Shown here piece after piece: positions 12,598 to 21,294 of a stretch of 64,000 bases of DNA. A program made the position numbers and the translations under genes. The stretch covers positions 1,408,001 to 1,472,000 of the forward strand of contig CAVYGB010000008.1 of assembly GCA_963767925.1 (NCBI GenBank). Reading direction: 5' to 3'. Position 1 is the first letter of the stretch. The number at the start of each line of letters is the position of its first letter. A model generated the notes under the pieces. The model worked only from the letters and a program-made list of their open reading frames with translations. It ran no database searches and was not told the origin of the DNA. The DNA comes from an uncultured delta proteobacterium. Lineage in GTDB: Bacteria > Myxococcota_A > Polyangia > Fen-1088.

Positions 12598-12724
12598 CGG
12601 AAGCCTGAGCGCCGGTCTCTCCGGCGACGACTGGCCGAGCTGGCCCGCGCCAGAGCTTTTTCATCGAACTTCTTTTCCCGCCTCACCTATCTGCGGCGGC
12701 GGGAATGTGTCAGGTTGCGGCTCG

Positions 12725-13720
12725 ATGGCCAGGACCCAGGAGCTCTCGAACCTCGTGGAAGAAGGGGTGATCGACGCCATCCACGCGCAGCTCATGAGCG
12801 GCAAGGAGGCGACGGTGTATGTCGTCGAGCGCCAGGGGCACCTCGGGGCGGCCAAGGTCTACCGGGCCCGCGACGATCGGACGTTCAAGAAGGTGGCGAG
12901 CTACGTAGAGGGGCGGAACCAGACCCGAAATTCGCGGGATCGTCGCGCCATGCACAACAAGAGCTCCTACGGGCGCGGGTTGCTCGAGGAGGGCTGGCAG
13001 GACATGGAGTTCCGGGCACTGCGGGCGGCCTTCGATGCCGGTGTGCGGGTGCCCGAGCCATTTTTTCTCTACGAAAATGTCCTGCTGATGGAGCTGATCG
13101 TCGACGAAGCCGGTGCGCCCGCCAAGCGCCTCGCGGATTTCCCTTTCACGCCGGAGGAGGCCTGTGCGCTCCACCTGGAGATCTTCCTGCAGGTGAAGCG
13201 GCTGCTGGAGTCCGGCCTGATCCACGCTGACCTGTCGGCCTACAACGTGCTGATGGCCGCGGCGGGACCGACCCTCATCGACCTGCCCCAGGCGGTGGAT
13301 GTGGCAGGCAACAACAACGCCGGCCCGATCCTGCGACGCGATTTGCGCAACGTCACCGAACATCTGGCCCGCTTCGACGCCCGGCTCCTGCGCTTCGCCA
13401 ACTGCGGTGAGGCCCTGTTCCGGCACTGCCAGCGCGGCACGCTCGACCAGGTCACCGGCCCTGAAGAGAGCGCTCCGCAGTCGCCCCGTGGTGGTCGCCG
13501 CGGGCGGGACGCCGAGCGCGGGCGCGCCGGTCGGGAGAAGGGTCCCCGTCCAGAGGCGGTCCGGGCCAACCCGCCGGATGCGCCCCAGCCCCGCTTCCAG
13601 CAGCCGGCGAGGCCCGGCAGCGGTCCCCGCGGCCGTGAGGACCGCCCCGCAACACCCGGCGCGGCGGGCAACCGCCCCGGGCGACCGGGTCCATCCGGTC
13701 GACGACGTCGACCCGGGTGA
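12725..13720 (+). CDS. RIO1 family atypical protein kinase with Arg/Gly/Pro-rich C-terminal tail
   Basis: LMSGKEATVY, AAKVY, VRVPEP, LLMELI, LIHADLSAYNVL and IDLPQAVD. Confidence 0.92.
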   Translation: MARTQELSNLVEEGVIDAIHAQLMSGKEATVYVVERQGHLGAAKVYRARDDRTFKKVASYVEGRNQTRNSRDRRAMHNKSSYGRGLLEEGWQDMEFRALRAAFDAGVRVPEPFFLYENVLLMELIVDEAGAPAKRLADFPFTPEEACALHLEIFLQVKRLLESGLIHADLSAYNVLMAAAGPTLIDLPQAVDVAGNNNAGPILRRDLRNVTEHLARFDARLLRFANCGEALFRHCQRGTLDQVTGPEESAPQSPRGGRRGRDAERGRAGREKGPRPEAVRANPPDAPQPRFQQPARPGSGPRGREDRPATPGAAGNRPGRPGPSGRRRRPG

Positions 13721-14041
13721 GCGGACAGGCGAGCAACTCGGTGAAGGAAACAGGGCGGGCGCCGCACCTGGAGCGGCCCCACCCTGCTCACGGCAACACA
13801 GGGTAATACTGCGTGAACACGTGGTCGGTCTCGGCGTGGTCATCGTGGCATCGGAAGCAGGCCGATCGGGGAAAGGGACGGGCGGTGCCTCCGGTCGCGG
13901 TGGGACCGCCGTCGAAGCTACTGTCCCCGGGCGCCCGCTGCCCGCGCGGCCCTCGCGCTGGGTGTGAACGCCCTCGCGATGTTCGGCGGGCTCGGCTGCA
14001 AGGAGGGAGCCTCCTGGTGCCAGCGCGCCGGTTGAATCAAC

Positions 14042-14847
14042 ATGCCTGCCGCACGAGACACTGACCCTCAATCTTTCCAGCATGCCGTCCCCCAGGCCAC
14101 GCTCGACGACCTTCGCGAGCGCCTGCACCGCACGCGCTGGACCGACGACCACGAGGGACCGGGTGGAGCTACGGCACGAGCCTCGGACACCTGCAGGAGC
14201 TGGCCGCCTGCTGGCTGGAGTTCGACTGGCGCGCGCGCCAGGCGAAGCTGAACCAGTATCCCTGGTTCACGGTGACCATCGACGGGCAGGAGCTGCGGTT
14301 CATCCACCAGCGCGGCAAGGGGCCCAGCCCGATCCCCATCGTCCTGATTCACGAATGGCCGGACTTTTTCCAGCGCTATTTGGAGGTGCTTCCGCTCCTG
14401 GCGGACGGGTTCGACGTGGTGGTGCCGGCGCTGGTCGGCTTTCCGGGCAAGCGGGTCGCGCCCAGCCCCCACCTCTTCAAGGACATGACCGATCGGATCG
14501 CGCGGCTCATGACCGAGAAGCTGGGGCACGCGCGCTTCGCCGCCGCGGACGGCGATCTGGGCAGCCCGCTGTCGCGGCTCCTGGCGGTGAACAACCCCGG
14601 GTGGGTCATCGGCGTCCACCTGACCGACGTCGGCTTCCAGGCCACCATGGCCAAGTATACGGACCTGTCGCCCGAGGAGCAGCAGTACCTCGGGACGCTG
14701 CAGGCGGTTGATGCCGAGGAGACCGCCTACGCCCTGCAGATAGCCACCCGGCCGCAGACGCTGGCCTACGGCCTCAACGACTCCCCGGTGGGTATGACCG
14801 CCTGGATCGTCGAGAAGATCCGGATCGCGCTCCCGGGCGGGGCGTAG
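14042..14847 (+). pseudogene. Epoxide hydrolase (EHN + alpha/beta hydrolase), frameshifted and 3'-truncated
   Basis: LDDLRERLHRTRW, then a frameshift at ~14163 into WSYGT...FDWR. HEWP replaces the usual HGWP. RPQTLAYGLNDSPVG...WIVEK ends abruptly, before the catalytic acid/His region. Confidence 0.85.
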
Positions 14848-14979
14848 CTCGGATACCCAGCCCTCCGATCACGGTGGCCGTCCTCGACGGGCCGGACCGC
14901 CCGCCGACGCCATGCGCTAGGCGCTTCCCGGCTCACGTCTCACGTCGAACGTGGGTTAAGGTGCTCGCGGAGGACAGTC

Positions 14980-15627
14980 ATGAAGATCGGCGTGCTGGGC
15001 ACTGGAACCGTCGGACAGACCATCGGGGGCAAGCTGTGCGCCCTGGGACACGAGGTGCGCATGGGTGCCCGCCAGTCCGGCAACGACAAGGCGGCCGCCT
15101 GGGTCAAGCAGGCGGGTCCTCACGCTTCGCAGGGCACCTTCGCCGACGCGGCAGGCTTCGGGGAGATGGTGTTCAACTGCACCGCCGGTGCGGGCTCGCT
15201 CGATGCTTTGCAGGCGGCCGGCGCGGGAAATCTGGCGGGCAAGGTCCTCGTCGACGTGTCGAACCCCCTCGATTTTTCCCGGGGCATGCCCCCCTCGCTG
15301 TTCCTCAGCAACACCGATTCGCTCGGCGAGCAGATCCAGCGGGCCTTTCCCGGGGCCCGGGTGGTCAAGACCCTCAACACGGTGACCGCCGACGTCATGG
15401 TCGACCCGGGCCGGGTGGGGCAGGGCAACCACGACATCTTCCTCAGCGGCAACGACGGCGCGGCCAAGGGGCGGGTCGCCGAGCTCCTGGGCGGATTCGG
15501 CTGGAAGAACATCTTCGACCTCGGGGACATCAGCACCTCCCGGGGGACGGAGGCCTACCTCCTGCTGTGGATCCGACTCTGGGGCAGCCTCGGCTCCCCC
15601 GACTTCAACATCCACCTCGTGCGCTGA
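14980..15627 (+). CDS. NADPH-dependent F420 reductase / NADP oxidoreductase family
   Basis: MKIGVLGTGTVG Rossmann motif, LVDVSNPL and VVKTLNT; GGAGG RBS upstream. Confidence 0.92.
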   Translation: MKIGVLGTGTVGQTIGGKLCALGHEVRMGARQSGNDKAAAWVKQAGPHASQGTFADAAGFGEMVFNCTAGAGSLDALQAAGAGNLAGKVLVDVSNPLDFSRGMPPSLFLSNTDSLGEQIQRAFPGARVVKTLNTVTADVMVDPGRVGQGNHDIFLSGNDGAAKGRVAELLGGFGWKNIFDLGDISTSRGTEAYLLLWIRLWGSLGSPDFNIHLVR

Positions 15628-15660
15628 CCGGCGCCGGGGCGCTCCCCGCTCGCCGGCCCG

Positions 15661-16872
15661 CTACAGACAGCCGCCGGCCTGCGGCAGGTCGACGAAGCGC
15701 TGGCCTTCGATGGTCCACCACTTGGTGGTTGTCGTCCGCGGCTTACCCACGTTGTCGAACTGGAGCTGGCCGGTCAGGCCGTAGTACTCGATCTCCTGAC
15801 CCTCGCGGAGGAGCCGCAGGCCCTCGCCAAGCTCGTTCCAGTGGACCGGGATGCCGCCGGCGCGGGTGACGTGGACCAGCTCGCTCGTGAGATCGTTCCC
15901 CGTGGGAACCGGCCGGCCTCCTCGCATCGCCCGCTGGATGGAGAGCGTCGCCAGGGCAGCGGCGTCGTAGAAGGCGTAGGCGTCGTCGAGGGGGGCGTCC
16001 TCCCAGCGGGCGTTGTACAGCGTGCGAAAGTCGCCCCCGCCCGCCACGGTACCGGTGGAGATCCCGCGGGCCCCATCCAGCGAGCCCCGGGGAATGGCCT
16101 CGAGGAAGGCCGGCGTGTGCAGGGTGGGGGAGAGGTACCAGCGGGTGGGTTCCTGGAGCTCGCCGATGGCGCTCAGCGCGTAGATCAGAGAAACCGCCAG
16201 GTCCGGCGGCGCGGCCAGCAGGTACGCGTCCGCGTTGAGCATCTCGCGGGTGAGCTGGCGGACGCCGGTCGCGCTGGAAGACGACCGGCTGAGGATGTGC
16301 CTGGGCAGGTTGTAGGCGTTGCTGAGGGCGAACGACAGCGACCCGTTGTAGCTGCCGGCGCTCACGATCTGCATGATCTGGCGGCGGCCGTCGACCCTGG
16401 ACTGACTCACGAGCTCGCAGGCGATCCGCACCACGCCGGGCCCCATGACGAACCAGTCCGCCGGCTTGTATTCGACGTCGGACGCCGTGGCGTAGCTGGG
16501 CAAGAGCATGGTTCGGTTCATCAGGATGTCGCGGAGCTGGGTGAGGAAATCGCCCGCGTCCGGACCGATGATGATGACCGCGCCGGCCTCGAGCAGCTCC
16601 CGGGTCGGCGCGGCCACCTTGCTGGGGTCGCTGAGGGTGTCTCGCGAGACGAGGCGGAGCGGCCGGTCCTCGACGCCGCCGGCGGCGTTGGCGGCTTCGA
16701 TGGCCAGGGCCACCGCGCGCTCGGAGTTGGCGCTGTTGCCGGCCAGCAGCCCGGTGTAGGAGAGCAGCAAGCCGATCGGGATTGAATTGTCGGCCGGCTC
16801 CGGATCACCACAGCCGATGACCGCCGCAAGCAGCGCGGCGACGACGGGAAAGCCCGACCGAATCCCCTTCAC
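15661..16872 (-). CDS. ABC transporter substrate-binding lipoprotein (LivJ / type I periplasmic binding fold)
   Basis: Lipobox VIGC, IPIGLLLSYTG, ANAAGGVEDRPLRLVSRD, YAFYDAAAL and YGLTGQLQFD. The GTG start at 16872 is inferred. Confidence 0.85.
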   Translation of the reverse strand: MKGIRSGFPVVAALLAAVIGCGDPEPADNSIPIGLLLSYTGLLAGNSANSERAVALAIEAANAAGGVEDRPLRLVSRDTLSDPSKVAAPTRELLEAGAVIIIGPDAGDFLTQLRDILMNRTMLLPSYATASDVEYKPADWFVMGPGVVRIACELVSQSRVDGRRQIMQIVSAGSYNGSLSFALSNAYNLPRHILSRSSSSATGVRQLTREMLNADAYLLAAPPDLAVSLIYALSAIGELQEPTRWYLSPTLHTPAFLEAIPRGSLDGARGISTGTVAGGGDFRTLYNARWEDAPLDDAYAFYDAAALATLSIQRAMRGGRPVPTGNDLTSELVHVTRAGGIPVHWNELGEGLRLLREGQEIEYYGLTGQLQFDNVGKPRTTTTKWWTIEGQRFVDLPQAGGCL

Positions 16873-17130
16873 CTGTGGACCTCTCAGCGCCGCGGCCTCA
16901 GGGGACTTGCCACCCGGTTGGTCGAGTCTCCATCGCACGGCCCAACCGATCTGGATCGGCGCGTTCGGGATGAGGCTTGAGTCCGCCGTCTGGATCGGTG
17001 GTCCCCCGGTTACCGGTCGGGAACGATCCCTGCGGCGGCGCGCACGGTAAGGGCCGGATTCCTGGCAAAAAGTCGAAAGAATCCGCAACCTCGAACGTTG
17101 GTATGACGATTGTAAGAGCGAGCCAACGTC

Positions 17131-17562
17131 ATGTGCCCTGCCACCATCACCCATCTCGAGTCGAGGCGTTCGCGCGCCTCGAAGGGCGCCGCGTTGCCCA
17201 CGTCAGGACGCGTCGCGGATGTGATCGACGGAACCGCCGTGCGGGTGCCGTCCTGGTTCACGGCTGCTCAGGCCCGCCAGGTCGCCTCGCTCAAGCGCGT
17301 TCATCATCTGCTGGTGGAGGAACGCGGGCAGGTGGCTGGCACGGTCGCCGTGACGGCGCTGGCGCGGGCGGCGGCCACCGACCCGGTCGCCCGCTGGATG
17401 GTCCGCTCCCCGATCCACCTCACGCCCGAAGCGCCGCTCGAGGCGGCGCGGCGGCTGATGCACCAGGCGGGCGTGAGCTGCTTGCCCGTCGTCCGGAGCG
17501 GCATCCTGCTCGGAACCCTCAGCCTCGACGATCTGGACGACGGCGTCGCCCGGGCGGCCTGA
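17131..17562 (+). CDS. CBS-domain pair protein
   Basis: VARWMVRSPIHLTPEAPLEAARRLMHQAGVSCLPVVRSGILLGTLSLDDL is a typical CBS repeat, preceded by a more divergent one. Confidence 0.8.
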   Translation: MCPATITHLESRRSRASKGAALPTSGRVADVIDGTAVRVPSWFTAAQARQVASLKRVHHLLVEERGQVAGTVAVTALARAAATDPVARWMVRSPIHLTPEAPLEAARRLMHQAGVSCLPVVRSGILLGTLSLDDLDDGVARAA

Positions 17563-17585
17563 GGCGCGGGCCCCTGCCGGCTCCG

Positions 17586-18296
17586 CTACAGGGGTCGCGC
17601 GTCCGCGGCCGGCATCCCGCGGTGGCTGGTCCGCGCCGATCGGGGACCCGCCGTCACACCGGCGTCCGCGTAGGGTCGCAGGATGCCCCGGTAGGTCGCA
17701 ATGGAGACCGCTTCGGTGCGGCTCTGGGCGCCCAGCTTGCTCAGGATGCTGCTCACGTACAGATCCACCGTGCGGTGGGAGATCCCGAGCACCGCTGCGG
17801 CCTCCCGGTTGGAGGCGCCGTCGGCCACCTGCTCGAGCACCTGGCGCTCGCGCCGGGTGAGCTCGGGCAGGCCGGCAGAGCTGGTGATCCGGCGGCGGAT
17901 CTCGGTGGTCATGAAGCCCGAGCCCGCGTGGACGGTGCGAATCGCTGCCACCAGGTCCTCGCCACTCGACTCCTCCTTGTTGAGGTAGCCACGCGCCCCG
18001 GCCTTCAAGGCCCGGGAGATGTCCTCGTCGCCCACGTACTGGGACAGGAACAGGATGGCCGCATCGGGCGCCTGCGCGCGCAGGGCAGCGGTCACCTGCA
18101 GGCCGCCCATGCCCCGCAGCCGCAGGTCGAGCACGGTGACGTCGGGCGCGAGGCTGGCAAAGAGGCCGAGCGCGGTCTCGCCATCCGGGGCCATTCCCAC
18201 GACCGTGATATCGCGCTGTCCCGAGAGGAAGACGGCGGTGCCCAGGCGCGTGTAAAAGCTACTTTCGACGAGGAGCACGCGAATGACTTCGCTCAT
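17586..18296 (-). CDS. NarL/LuxR family response regulator
   Basis: Receiver IRVLLVE...PDVTVLDLRL...GARGYLNK and LuxR HTH LTRRERQVLEQVADGASNREAAAVLGISHRTV...KLGAQSRTEAV. ATG at 18296. Confidence 0.9.
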   Translation of the reverse strand: MSEVIRVLLVESSFYTRLGTAVFLSGQRDITVVGMAPDGETALGLFASLAPDVTVLDLRLRGMGGLQVTAALRAQAPDAAILFLSQYVGDEDISRALKAGARGYLNKEESSGEDLVAAIRTVHAGSGFMTTEIRRRITSSAGLPELTRRERQVLEQVADGASNREAAAVLGISHRTVDLYVSSILSKLGAQSRTEAVSIATYRGILRPYADAGVTAGPRSARTSHRGMPAADARPL

Positions 18297-18314
18297 GTTC
18301 TGCGGGGGCAGCGT

Positions 18315-18330
18315 TGCAACCGACGAGCCA
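18315..18330 (-). promoter_or_regulatory. sigma54 (-24/-12) promoter of the LuxR regulator
   Basis: Minus strand TGGCTC-GTCGG-TTGCA matches TGGCAC-N5-TTGCA with exact GG-N10-GC spacing. Confidence 0.6.
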
Positions 18331-18473
18331 GCGGAAAACCGCGCCGTCCCGCCATCCACCCGCGACAGCGGTGTCCGGGCACCGCGGTCCGGGCCCCCGG
18401 CCGAGCACGCTCCGGCCGGGCGGCGTGACCCCGCCGTGGGGCGGTCCATGACGCGCGTCGGATCCAGGAGCCC

Positions 18474-19725
18474 GTGCCCGTAGAACCTTGTCCCTCGCCG
18501 CGGACGCTCGAAGTGTTCGCCGTCGGTGGCCTGACCCCGGCGCAGCGCCAGCGCATCGAGGCCCACGTCGCCGCCTGCGAGCGGTGCCGTCCCCGGGTGA
18601 CCGAGCGGCTGGGACACCCGGTCACCTTGCCGCCGGCCTGGAGCCAGGGGACCACCGCGCCGCCCTCGGGAGGCGAGCGCCGCCTCCGCTCTCCCCGGGT
18701 CGGACAGCAGGTCGGGCGGTTCACGATCCTCGAGCAGATAGGGGCAGGCGGCGCCGGGTCGGTCTTCGCGGCGTTCGATCCGGCGCTCGACCGGCGGATC
18801 GCCCTCAAGTTCGTCCGGGTGACCACGCCGGAGGCGATGGCGCTCCTGTTCGAGGAAGCCAGCGTCATGGGCCCGGATCGCCCATCCCAACGTCGTCACC
18901 GTCTACGACGTGGGTCAGCTCGAGGGAGCGCCCTTCATCGCCATGGAGCTCGTGGAGGGGCAGACCCTCGCCGACTGGGGCGCGCGCCAACCCGCGCGCA
19001 AGCCCGGCCCCACCGACCTGGGGTTCGCCGCCCTCAGCTACGGCCTGCTCCATGTGCTGCGCGACGATCTCGAGACTGGCCTGCGCCACATGCGGATCGG
19101 CCTGGCCAGCATGCAGCCGGTGTACGAGCCCAGCAACGACAACATCCTCTCCTGCCGGCACAACCTGGGCCACGCGCTGATCATCGCCGGCCACACCGCG
19201 GAGGCGCAGCGGGTCCTCGAGGCCGGCATCGAGGCCGCCCGGAAGGAGGGGCGGCTGACCTCCCAGGTCGCCGATCTGCGGGCCCAGCAGGGGTACGCGC
19301 TGCTGACCGAGGGGCGGGCCGAGGCCGCGCTGCGGGCTTACCAGGAGGCCTTCACCCAGCATCAGAAGGCCGAGACGGTGGAGGAGGGCCTCGCTTTCAC
19401 CCTGCACGGCCTGGGCAGCGCCTCGCTCGCCCTCGGGCGAGCGGATCGGGCCGTGGAGTATCTGGAGCGGGCCTTCAAGGTGCGGCCGCCGACCACCTCG
19501 GCGGACCTGGTGCTGCGGGCGAACATCCCGTTCGTCCTCGCGCGCGCGCTGCGCGCCCGCGGGCTGGACCGCGCGCGGGCCTGTGCGCTGGCCCGCGACG
19601 CCGCCGCCGGCTACCGCAGCTTGCAAACGTCGGCGACAGGCCGCCGAGGTCGAGCGCTGGCTGGTCCGCGAGAAGTGATCGGCGCAGGCCTCGGCCAGCC
19701 CGCCCGTGCGGGAGGGCGCGGCTAG
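18474..19725 (+). pseudogene. Ser/Thr protein kinase-TPR gene remnant (zf-HC2-like N-terminus, kinase N-lobe, C-lobe deleted, TPRs)
   Basis: HVAACERC, IGAGGAGSVF and IALKF, then a frameshift at ~18870 to HPNVVTVYDVG...FIAMELVEG, then directly TPRs. No HRD catalytic loop. Confidence 0.8.
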
Positions 19726-20408
19726 AACGGCCGCGAGGTGAAGGGGCCACAGGCGATCGGGTCGACCATCGTCGACCGGCCCGGGCCCGAGAGCACCACC
19801 ATCAGGAGGGTCACGATCTCCTCGCGGCTGAGGTAGGTCGACAGCTTCGATCCGACCTCGAGGGCGTGGTCCTGCCGGCGGTAGGGCCCCTGGGTCTGGA
19901 TGAGCTCGCCGCCCGCCGTGCGCCGGAAGTAGGCGCTGAAATAGCGCGGAGGCAGCGGCCGGCCACACACCACCTGCCCGGCCGAGGAGGCGGCCGAGAC
20001 CCGCAACCCTTCGGGATCGAGGTGGAAGCGCCCCACCGAGCCGTTCCAGGTCCCCTCGGCGCGCAGCTCGGAGGCGTCGCCCCACACATCCATCTCGACC
20101 GGCCCGCCGGTGCCGTTGCCGGTGATGCTGCCGGGCGCGACCTGGAGCGCGAAGCCCGAGCCGCGGTGCTGGCCCGAGATCTTCCCCTTCCTGATCACCA
20201 TGTGGGAGTACGGCCCGACCGCGTGCGGCGGCCGCACGGCCAGCAACACGGTCCGCGACCCGGGGCCCCGCAGCGCGATCTGGGTTCCGTCGGGCACATC
20301 GGTGGCCCAGGCCGGCGGGCCGCCACCGCGACCGCCCAGCTCGGCGCACCCGGCCGAGACGAGCACGGCGACGAGCAACCCGACCGACCGGAGCGGCGCT
20401 GGCGTCAT
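19722..20408 (-). CDS. Hypothetical lipoprotein
   Basis: ATG at 20408, signal MTPAPLRSVGLLVAVLVSAG-C, Gly-rich beta-strand body, coding-like codon usage. Confidence 0.65.
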   Translation of the reverse strand: MTPAPLRSVGLLVAVLVSAGCAELGGRGGGPPAWATDVPDGTQIALRGPGSRTVLLAVRPPHAVGPYSHMVIRKGKISGQHRGSGFALQVAPGSITGNGTGGPVEMDVWGDASELRAEGTWNGSVGRFHLDPEGLRVSAASSAGQVVCGRPLPPRYFSAYFRRTAGGELIQTQGPYRRQDHALEVGSKLSTYLSREEIVTLLMVVLSGPGRSTMVDPIACGPFTSRPF

Positions 20409-20502
20409 CGGATCCATCCTGCCCCCGGGCGGGCGGCCGGGCCAGCCCGATCGCCAGGGCCTTTCCCGCCAGGTCGGGTGACCCCGGCCGCGTTTGGCCG
20501 CT

Positions 20503-21291
20503 TCAGCGCTTTCGACTCGGCGCGCGCGGGCGAGGTTTCTTTCCCACCGGGGCGGCCTTGCTGGACGCGATCTGGAGCTCGATGCCGAACAGCGCCGCCA
20601 GATCCTCTGCGCTGACGTCCAGGGTGGCCGCCGTCGCCCGGGCCGGCGCGGCCAGGTTCTGCGAGGCATGTTCGACGAGGTCCTGGGGGTCCACACCCCG
20701 CAGCACGAAGAGCGTCTCCGGCTTGCTGTCGAGCCGCACCCCCACGCCATACAGGGTCGCGGCCACGTGTTTGCAGACGCTCGCCCAGTCGGGACAGGAG
20801 CAGTGGACCTCGAGCTGGCGGGGCTCGGGAAACAGCCCCTCTTGCCGATCGGTGACCGCCCGCAGGACCTCGTCGGGCAGCTCGCCCCGCAGCAGCCCTA
20901 CCAGCGAGCCGATCCGGCCGGTGCAGGCCCGCGACAGCGCCTTCCAGCGGGCCGCGGGCAGCGGGGCGATGTGGATCGTCACCGTGTAGAGGCGCGTGCC
21001 GGAGACCCTGGCGTCGATCCGACCCGCGGCGATCTGGAGATCGAGCACCGCCCCCGAGCGGGCGTAGCTGCGACCGCGCGCAAGGCGGTGGGCGAAGTCG
21101 GCATAAGACTCGAGGTTCTTGCACCAGGCCTCGGCCCAGAAGCTGCTGACCAGGGCCCGCCCGCTGATCCGAACCGGCGCGAGCGCCTTGCCGGCGCGCT
21201 GCTCGAGCTTGCTGGCCGCGGCGGCGGCGCGCGACCGGCGGTCGGCGGCGGAGACGTAGGGGCGGAAGGGGGACCAGCGGCGCGGGGGCAT
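20503..21291 (-). CDS. SWIM zinc-finger protein
   Basis: RLARGRSYARSGAV and CSCPDWASVCKHVAATLY (CxC-x5-CxH). It follows the SNF2 stop after a 3-bp gap. Confidence 0.93.
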   Translation of the reverse strand: MPPRRWSPFRPYVSAADRRSRAAAAASKLEQRAGKALAPVRISGRALVSSFWAEAWCKNLESYADFAHRLARGRSYARSGAVLDLQIAAGRIDARVSGTRLYTVTIHIAPLPAARWKALSRACTGRIGSLVGLLRGELPDEVLRAVTDRQEGLFPEPRQLEVHCSCPDWASVCKHVAATLYGVGVRLDSKPETLFVLRGVDPQDLVEHASQNLAAPARATAATLDVSAEDLAALFGIELQIASSKAAPVGKKPRPRAPSRKR

Positions 21292-21294
21292 CGG

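Noticed and set aside
13720..14041. Small ORFs (e.g. 13813-14064) between RIO1 and the epoxide hydrolase remnant
   Set aside because: No codon bias or motif; treated as intergenic or decayed sequence.
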